From contig JBHLMQ010000006.1 of the NCBI GenBank assembly GCA_048938005.1, positions 1 to 64,000 on the forward strand: a DNA stretch of 64,000 nt. Direction: 5' to 3'. A program made the translations under genes and the position numbers. Shown one piece after another: positions 57,780 through 64,000 of this stretch (positions are counted from its first letter, which is position 1; every line of letters begins with the position of its first letter). This DNA comes from Promethearchaeota archaeon. Its GTDB lineage: Archaea; Asgardarchaeota; Lokiarchaeia; Sigyniarchaeales; SOKP01. The notes beneath the pieces were generated by a model. That model ran no database searches. It saw nothing but the letters and a program-made list of their open reading frames with translations, and was not told the DNA's origin.

Positions 57780-58652
57780 ATGGTTGTTCGTATAGATTAT
57801 CATTGTAATAATGAAATTTTAGAGTGGCAATGGGCTTCAGATAATGAATTGATGCCCTATCCGTATTTTACATCTTGCTATTTAGTAGATGGGCTCCTTA
57901 TTGATTCTGGTGCCCCCGGAGGAGAGAATGATCTTAGAGAATTTGTAAAATCACTTAATCATAGTCAAATGATTGATAAATGTTTTATTACACATACACA
58001 TGAGGATCATGCTGGTGGAGCCCATATTTTGAACACAGAATTTAATATCCCAATATATACAAGTGAAAAAGCAAAAGAAATTTTAAAAACAGGTAAAATA
58101 TATCCAGAATACCGTCAAATAGCATGGGGTTCAAAATTATTACCTGTTAATGCCGAAATTATTGATAAATCAATAATAACAAAATCAAAAAAGTATAAAT
58201 TTGAATTATTTCCCATGATTGGCCACGCTCCAGAATTAGTTGCTTTAATTGAAAGAAAGCAACAATGGGCTTTCGTTGCTGATGCTGTACAGCCCAAGTA
58301 CAAAATGCTATTTGGAGGAAATAGTGATATTCAAGAGGATATATCATTAATATATCAGTCCCTTCAAAATTTATATGAATTTACTGAGGATATGGATGAG
58401 TTATTAATATTTTCAGCTGGAAATGGTGTTTTTCATGGTAGAGCCTTCTTAATTGAAAGAATGGATGAAATTCAAGAGATGCATAAAAATGTTTATGAAA
58501 GCTATAATAATTTTCTTAAAAATGGATTGTCTGAAACACAGGCAATTAAAAAGATATTAAAAGAAATTTTTAAAAAGGAAAGTATTATGGGGCAATTAAC
58601 TCAAGGAGATCTGTCAAAAAATAATTTAATAATATCATTTCTGAATTGGTAA
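57780..58652 (+). CDS. Metallo-beta-lactamase fold hydrolase
   Basis: 'LLIDSG', THTHEDHAGG, 'GHAPE'. Confidence 0.88.
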   Translation: MVVRIDYHCNNEILEWQWASDNELMPYPYFTSCYLVDGLLIDSGAPGGENDLREFVKSLNHSQMIDKCFITHTHEDHAGGAHILNTEFNIPIYTSEKAKEILKTGKIYPEYRQIAWGSKLLPVNAEIIDKSIITKSKKYKFELFPMIGHAPELVALIERKQQWAFVADAVQPKYKMLFGGNSDIQEDISLIYQSLQNLYEFTEDMDELLIFSAGNGVFHGRAFLIERMDEIQEMHKNVYESYNNFLKNGLSETQAIKKILKEIFKKESIMGQLTQGDLSKNNLIISFLNW

Positions 58653-58692
58653 TTTAAATCCTAGAAAAAATTAATTTAAAGTTAAATTTCTC

Positions 58693-59697
58693 CTAAACTA
58701 AATTATTTATTATAATTTCAGAGATATCTCCAGCATATTCTCCTGTTCTTCTAATACTTTCCATAATATAACCTATTGCGATTGAAAATTCTGCACTGTT
58801 AGTTGTATTAAGACTTATCTTTTCTGTATTTGAAATTAATTCTTTTATTCGTTCTATGTTCTCATTCGCTAGAAGTATATTCTTTTGAAGCCAAGCATCA
58901 AGGCTTCTATTTAATAATTCTAATGATAATTTACTTGTTTTTAAGATGTTTTTAATCAAATCTTTATTAATCTTCTTGTAATCTATTAGCGATACATTCT
59001 TTGCTATACGCACTGCGTGATCACCGACTCTTTCAAGGAACCTCGAAATTTGTTGAAAATGATTAGCCTGCTCTAAAGTTAAACCCATCTTTTGGCAGAG
59101 TATAATATCTCTTAAGACTATGTGTGACTGACGACTGATTAACCAGTGTAATCTATCAACATCATTATCTCTTTTTATTACTTCTTCAGCCAAGTTTTTA
59201 TCATCGGCTTCTAAGGCATCAATAGCATCTTTGTGCATATCATGTACAAGTATATACATTCTTTTTATGGTTTTTTCAAAAGGCATTTCTGTGGGATTAA
59301 GTAAATCTTTAATAACTATGAAATTATTAGATTCTTCTACAACCTCAGGACCTATAGCAATTTGAGTAAAATTTATAATACAATCTCTTATGAAAGTTTC
59401 AAATTTTTTACTGGATTTAATAACAATTTTAGAAAAACCCATTATATATGCTCCAATTAAAATACGGAATAAATAGTTATCATCTTTAAAATCGTCAACT
59501 ATAATCTCTTTTATTTTGATCATTTTCTCTGTATCAATTTGAGGAGTGATAAGTAAATTTCCATCAGGTTGACTAAGTATACCAAGGGTATCGTGGTTCT
59601 CAACATGATATTTATCAATCCATACCTTAGGTAATGAAATTATATAACTTGAACCTCCTGTTTTTTGAACTTTTCTTGTTTCTATATGAAATGCCAT
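58693..59697 (-). CDS. phoU: Phosphate uptake regulator (AbrB-like N-terminal domain plus two PhoU domains)
   Basis: 'ETRKVQKTGGSSYIISLPKVW', 'DNDVDRL', 'LERVGDHA', 'ESIRRTGEY'. Confidence 0.92.
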   Translation of the reverse strand: MAFHIETRKVQKTGGSSYIISLPKVWIDKYHVENHDTLGILSQPDGNLLITPQIDTEKMIKIKEIIVDDFKDDNYLFRILIGAYIMGFSKIVIKSSKKFETFIRDCIINFTQIAIGPEVVEESNNFIVIKDLLNPTEMPFEKTIKRMYILVHDMHKDAIDALEADDKNLAEEVIKRDNDVDRLHWLISRQSHIVLRDIILCQKMGLTLEQANHFQQISRFLERVGDHAVRIAKNVSLIDYKKINKDLIKNILKTSKLSLELLNRSLDAWLQKNILLANENIERIKELISNTEKISLNTTNSAEFSIAIGYIMESIRRTGEYAGDISEIIINNLV

Positions 59698-59757
59698 GAT
59701 TTAATCCTTTTTTTCATAATTATATAAAACAAATAAACCATATATTTAAATTCTAAT

Positions 59758-59838
59758 CTATATATTCTATATATTTTTTTTCCTTCTTTTTATTTTTTTT
59801 CCGTTTTTTATTAAAATATAACTATATTAAATATATAG
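59758..59838. promoter_or_regulatory. Two copies of CTATATW-N3-WATATAG-like palindrome upstream of phoU
   Basis: CTATATATTCTATATAT at 59758-59774 and CTATATTAAATATATAG at 59822-59838. Confidence 0.45.
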
Positions 59839-59880
59839 ATCAGATACGAATCAATTATTTTATTCCTATGTATTCGGATT

Positions 59881-60510
59881 TTAATAGAGGTTTTTAGAAA
59901 TTTTTAATTTTTTTTGTTTTTTTATATTTTCTTTTAAAAGAATAATCGATTCCTCTCTCGCTTTTAATAAAGCCCTATCCTTTATTCCAGCCATTTCTTT
60001 TGAAGTTATAATTTTCTCTTTTAATACTTTTCTAAATAATAAATACTCATCTTTTCTGCTGATGAATGGATCGACTTTTTCCTCATGAATGAATTCTTCA
60101 ATAGTAGTATTCTTTCCGTTGCAATTACCTTCGGTAAGATCAAATCGATAATCTTGATACACTAGAAAGCAATGAATCATTGGTACATAAGGAATGTTAT
60201 ATTTTTTTAAAATTTTATTTGTACCCGTTAAAATTTCCTCATTGAGTTTATAAATACCTACATGCTTGAATAGTGGTATATCGAGTTCTTTAGCAAGACC
60301 GGCGATTACCGCATGTTTAGATGTACAAGTACCTTTTTTCTCTTTAAAAAAGATTAATTTATCATCATAATTTGTATTATAACCATATTCAATATTATGT
60401 ACATAATCAGAAGCCTCCTTGAAAGTAGAAATTCCAAGCTCTAAAAATTTACTTGATATCTCCCCTGCAGACTTAATTTCAGCATCTGGTAATTTATTAT
60501 ATGAATCCAT
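59881..60510 (-). CDS. Hypothetical protein, transglutaminase-like fold possible
   Basis: 'KGTCTSKHA...HCFL...FDLT' suggests a Cys-His-Asp triad. Confidence 0.65.
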   Translation of the reverse strand: MDSYNKLPDAEIKSAGEISSKFLELGISTFKEASDYVHNIEYGYNTNYDDKLIFFKEKKGTCTSKHAVIAGLAKELDIPLFKHVGIYKLNEEILTGTNKILKKYNIPYVPMIHCFLVYQDYRFDLTEGNCNGKNTTIEEFIHEEKVDPFISRKDEYLLFRKVLKEKIITSKEMAGIKDRALLKAREESIILLKENIKKQKKLKISKNLY

Positions 60511-60665
60511 AAGAATATCCTTTAATATTTCAACTATAAATTTGATAATGTAACCAAGTTATAGTATAAAAAATTAGTTTCTAAGAATTATAAGTGAATC
60601 TAAAATTAGCTTAATCTTTATTGTTTAATTTGAAGGAAATCTTATAATAAGTTCAAAATTATAAT

Positions 60666-61352
60666 CTATTCTACACCAGTTAATAAAACCATTATGTAAT
60701 CAGCAACGCCTTCTATACTATCAGATATAGCCTCCAGAATATCGAAAATATTTCCTACCGTAAAAATAGTAAAAAAATTAACATCATAATGAGTTTCTTG
60801 AAGACTTCTCCTTAACTTAATATTTAAAAGATCTATTTCATGCTCATGGTAATTTATTTGTCTAGCGAATTCCTTAACATTCTTCCTCTCTTCTACTAAG
60901 TCTATTACAATTTTGTCTAAGAATTGAGAGCAATCTACTGTAAGGTTCATAATCTCACTAATTAATTTTATTGTCGTTTCACTGCTCTGCTCCCAAAATT
61001 TTACTGGAACAGTTGCAATCCTACGAGCAACTCCAGTGCAACAGTTAGCAACATCATCTATTCTCTTAATTAAATGTGATAAATTTTGCCTAACATTTGG
61101 ATCTAATTCTCCTCTTGAAATATCTTTTTGAAGGTCTCTTCTTAAACTATCAGCCTCACCTTCTAAAAAATCAACATTATGAAAAATGTCATGTGTTTTT
61201 GCAAGATCTCTTTCTTTTAGTAGTATTTGTAATCCTTTGTCCAATTCCCTAACACACTCTTGCACTTTTTGGGCATGTTTTATAGTTTTTTCCAAAGCAT
61301 TTAAGGCAGTTTCCCTTTTTAAATATTCAATTAAAGAACCCATTTTTACCAA
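60666..61352 (-). CDS. DUF47 family Pit accessory/PhoU-like protein
   Basis: 'LEGEADSLRR', 'IDDVAN', 'EHEID', 'LEAISDSIEGVAD'. Confidence 0.85.
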   Translation of the reverse strand: MVKMGSLIEYLKRETALNALEKTIKHAQKVQECVRELDKGLQILLKERDLAKTHDIFHNVDFLEGEADSLRRDLQKDISRGELDPNVRQNLSHLIKRIDDVANCCTGVARRIATVPVKFWEQSSETTIKLISEIMNLTVDCSQFLDKIVIDLVEERKNVKEFARQINYHEHEIDLLNIKLRRSLQETHYDVNFFTIFTVGNIFDILEAISDSIEGVADYIMVLLTGVE

Positions 61353-61376
61353 TATTTTTATTCTAGCTTATAATGT

Positions 61377-61393
61377 CTATATAGAATATATAG
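61377..61393. promoter_or_regulatory. Perfect palindrome CTATATA-GAA-TATATAG upstream of DUF47 gene
   Basis: Same pattern as the two copies upstream of phoU. Confidence 0.5.
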
Positions 61394-61424
61394 AAATATA
61401 TATCTTTTTATTATTAAAAATTTA

Positions 61425-62462
61425 TCAAGAAAAACCAAATGAACTTAATCCAAAATATATAAAGCCTGCCAAAATTGCAGCAATTGGGAATGTTAGCACC
61501 CAATAAAGTCCCATTTTACCTAATCCTTTATAATCCACTTCTTTTTTTTGGGCAATACTCATACCAATTATGCAGAAAACAATTACATGGCTATGGGAAA
61601 TTGGAAGAGAGAATAATGTGGCAATCATTAAAATAATTGCAGAACTAATCTGTATAATGAATCCTTCACTAGGGCGTGTATTAATCATATGAGATGCTAA
61701 ATTTCTAATTACATAACGTGCTGCAATATAAATACCCAAAAAAGAAAATATTCCACAGAAAATTACAAGTGTAAGATATTGGCCGCTAGATATAGAATTA
61801 TTTTCTCTAAGCCCCAAAAGAATACCTAAAGCTTCTCCTGAATTAGCCCCAACCCAAATTTCAGCAAATAAAACAGCAATTAACAAAAGCCATTTAAAAT
61901 TTTTTTCAGATTTTTCGATCTGATTTAAACCTTTTAAACGAGATAATATAAATTTAGCACTGATTTTGAAGAGAATATATGTTATTAATAGTCCAGATAT
62001 GGGAGATATAAACCAACTTAAAACAACATCTCTTAATTTCTCATAATTAAATGCAGTGTTAAGATCAATTCCTCCTTGAAAGAGTGCATAAACTATAACA
62101 ACACCAACAATGCTACCAATTAATGAGTGAGTGCTACTTAAAGGTATGCCTGCAAAACTACCTATTACTAACCATATAATACTACTTATTAATACTGCTA
62201 AAAGCATATAATTAGTATACTTTTCTTCTAGTCCTTCACCCAAAAGACTTTTACCTACTGTTTCCGGGACAAAACCTCCACTAAAAAGAATCATACCAGA
62301 ACCTATTGCAATACCACCTAATATAAGTGCTATTTTAAATTTTAACACGCCAGCCCCAACCAAAGATGCTAGAGTTTCATCATTCGCCCCAATGCTAAAA
62401 GCTAGGCCAATTGACATAATTATTAAGATTATGACTAAGATTATAGTTAACTCTTCAGCCAT
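61425..62462 (-). CDS. pit: Inorganic phosphate transporter (PiT family)
   Basis: 'IGAND', 'GIPLSSTHS', second repeat 'VGANS', 'PISHSH'. Confidence 0.92.
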   Translation of the reverse strand: MAEELTIILVIILIIMSIGLAFSIGANDETLASLVGAGVLKFKIALILGGIAIGSGMILFSGGFVPETVGKSLLGEGLEEKYTNYMLLAVLISSIIWLVIGSFAGIPLSSTHSLIGSIVGVVIVYALFQGGIDLNTAFNYEKLRDVVLSWFISPISGLLITYILFKISAKFILSRLKGLNQIEKSEKNFKWLLLIAVLFAEIWVGANSGEALGILLGLRENNSISSGQYLTLVIFCGIFSFLGIYIAARYVIRNLASHMINTRPSEGFIIQISSAIILMIATLFSLPISHSHVIVFCIIGMSIAQKKEVDYKGLGKMGLYWVLTFPIAAILAGFIYFGLSSFGFS

Positions 62463-62485
62463 GTTGATTCTTGCCTTTTAATTTT

Positions 62486-63148
62486 TTAATCAAAGATTAG
62501 ATATTTTGTTGCAAGAAACTGAATATATTCCGAGAAATTTTTAATATGATCGGCCAACATCATTATATCTTCAATCAATTCTTTCAGATATATGAATGTA
62601 CGAGATAAGTAGTCCATATCGTAATTGTAGAGACGATTTAATAATTTCCATTCTTCTTTTCTCATTTTTCTACGTTCTTCTTTTATTTCTTCACATATAT
62701 CGTGAGCTTTACTAAGATCAGAACCAATTGATTTCACAGCACTTGATAAATTGTTAGAAATATTTTTTAACATATTAAGGATACTTAAAATTTGTTGCTT
62801 AAACTGCTCATCAGGGAAAACAGCTTTATAAAGAAGCATTTTATTTGCTAAAAATTCCCCGATATTTTTGATATCATTTATTTTAGTGAATAATTTTAAT
62901 CTATCAGCTTTAGAGAACATTAATTTTGATTTGAATATTTTAGATTCAAACTTTTTTTTTATTTGGACTTCAGTATTAGTTCCAATCACATAATTCATAT
63001 TATCTTTAAATTTATTAAAATCCTCTTGAACAAGAAATTCAATCCCTTCTATCAATTTTAGATTTTGTTCATTTATATTCTCTATAAATAATTGCGTTAA
63101 TTCATCAATACTAAGTTTTTTTAGTTCTTTATCGTCAATCTCTTTCAT
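62486..63148 (-). CDS. Divergent DUF47/PhoU-like helical protein
   Basis: All-helical, 'SKADRLKL', 'IEDIMMLADHIKNFSEYI'; directly upstream of pit. Confidence 0.65.
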   Translation of the reverse strand: MKEIDDKELKKLSIDELTQLFIENINEQNLKLIEGIEFLVQEDFNKFKDNMNYVIGTNTEVQIKKKFESKIFKSKLMFSKADRLKLFTKINDIKNIGEFLANKMLLYKAVFPDEQFKQQILSILNMLKNISNNLSSAVKSIGSDLSKAHDICEEIKEERRKMRKEEWKLLNRLYNYDMDYLSRTFIYLKELIEDIMMLADHIKNFSEYIQFLATKYLIFD

Positions 63149-63412
63149 TTTTTGAAAACTTATGTTCTATTATCTATATAGTATAATATACATCTATTAA
63201 ATTTCTATATATAATTTAATATAATTATTGATTTATTAATCTCTAAATATTGCTATGAATAAATCCGAATTAAGGTATTTATTTATTTTTAGAATTTTAC
63301 TATTTCGATATAAATATCTTTAAAAAAAGTAGATTTGTAAAGAAAATATTAGATTAGAAGGAAAAAGAGCAAATAAAAATTTGATTAAAATTATAAAAAA
63401 GACCTTTTTTCT

Positions 63413-64000
63413 TTAAGTTTTCTTAGCTACTGTTAACATGATTATATAATCAGCAACATCTTCAGCATTATCACTTACTGCTTCTAAAGTGGAGATACAA
63501 TTATGAATTTCAATCGCACTAAAAGGATTGATATTCGGATTATTTGATACTAGTATTCTGTTTATTCCATGACGTAGTTCATCACATTTATGTTCTAACA
63601 TATTAATTTCTTCACCTAATTGATAGATCTCTTCTTCAGTAGCAGTCAGTAATTTATTAACCATAATATTTACCTTCTTAACTGAATCTACGGAGATTCT
63701 CGCCATTTCTAAGAACTTTTTATGAACTTCTTCATCCAACTTCAAAAAGTCAGCATGATTCATGTATATAAAAATCCTTGCTCCTGCATTGGCAGCATTT
63801 GCTATATCATCGATTCTTTGGGTAAGATGAATCAAATTTTCTCGTATTGTGGTACTGAGTTCTGCCTTCGAAAGCATATTTAATATATTCCGCCGAATTC
63901 CATCAGCCTGATGTTCGATTTCATCTACACGAAAAAAAACTTTTAAAGCAAGGTCTATATTCTTTTCATCAATAAGATAAGACACCGCTTTTTCATATTC
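63413..64000 (-). CDS. DUF47 family protein, 5' truncated by window edge
   Basis: 'EHQADGIRR', 'IDDIAN', 'LEHKCDEL', 'LEAVSDNAEDVAD'; frame open to base 64000. Confidence 0.85.
   Translation of the reverse strand, partial: EYEKAVSYLIDEKNIDLALKVFFRVDEIEHQADGIRRNILNMLSKAELSTTIRENLIHLTQRIDDIANAANAGARIFIYMNHADFLKLDEEVHKKFLEMARISVDSVKKVNIMVNKLLTATEEEIYQLGEEINMLEHKCDELRHGINRILVSNNPNINPFSAIEIHNCISTLEAVSDNAEDVADYIIMLTVAKKT

Overview
AT-rich (about 30% GC by eye), gene-dense archaeal chromosome segment, most consistent with an Asgard archaeon of the Lokiarchaeia type. The evidence is a Rab-like small GTPase, a proteasome alpha subunit, archaeal RFC and PolB2, a PlsY-like gene and GGTGA/GGAGGTGA Shine-Dalgarno motifs; the taxonomy is an inference. 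I found no rRNA, tRNA, CRISPR array or transposase. Main content: a lipid-related FAD oxidase/SCP2/tocopherol-cyclase operon; a Zn-finger-GNAT-RFC(S, S-like, L) cluster; a Rab-proteasome alpha-wHTH-giant helical repeat cluster; a split PolB2 'mutasome' (inactive RadA, PPB2, PolB2, with PIP-like tails and a shared upstream motif); a PlsY/CTP-dependent kinase fusion; a fatty acid-CoA ligase with HEAT proteins and a Liv-type ABC transporter; a ~2840 aa all-membrane protein; and a phosphate cluster (PhoU, Pit, three DUF47). Several microproteins, non-canonical starts, a sirtuin remnant and candidate operators are missing from the ORF track. All family calls come from recognising motifs by eye; no searches were run.
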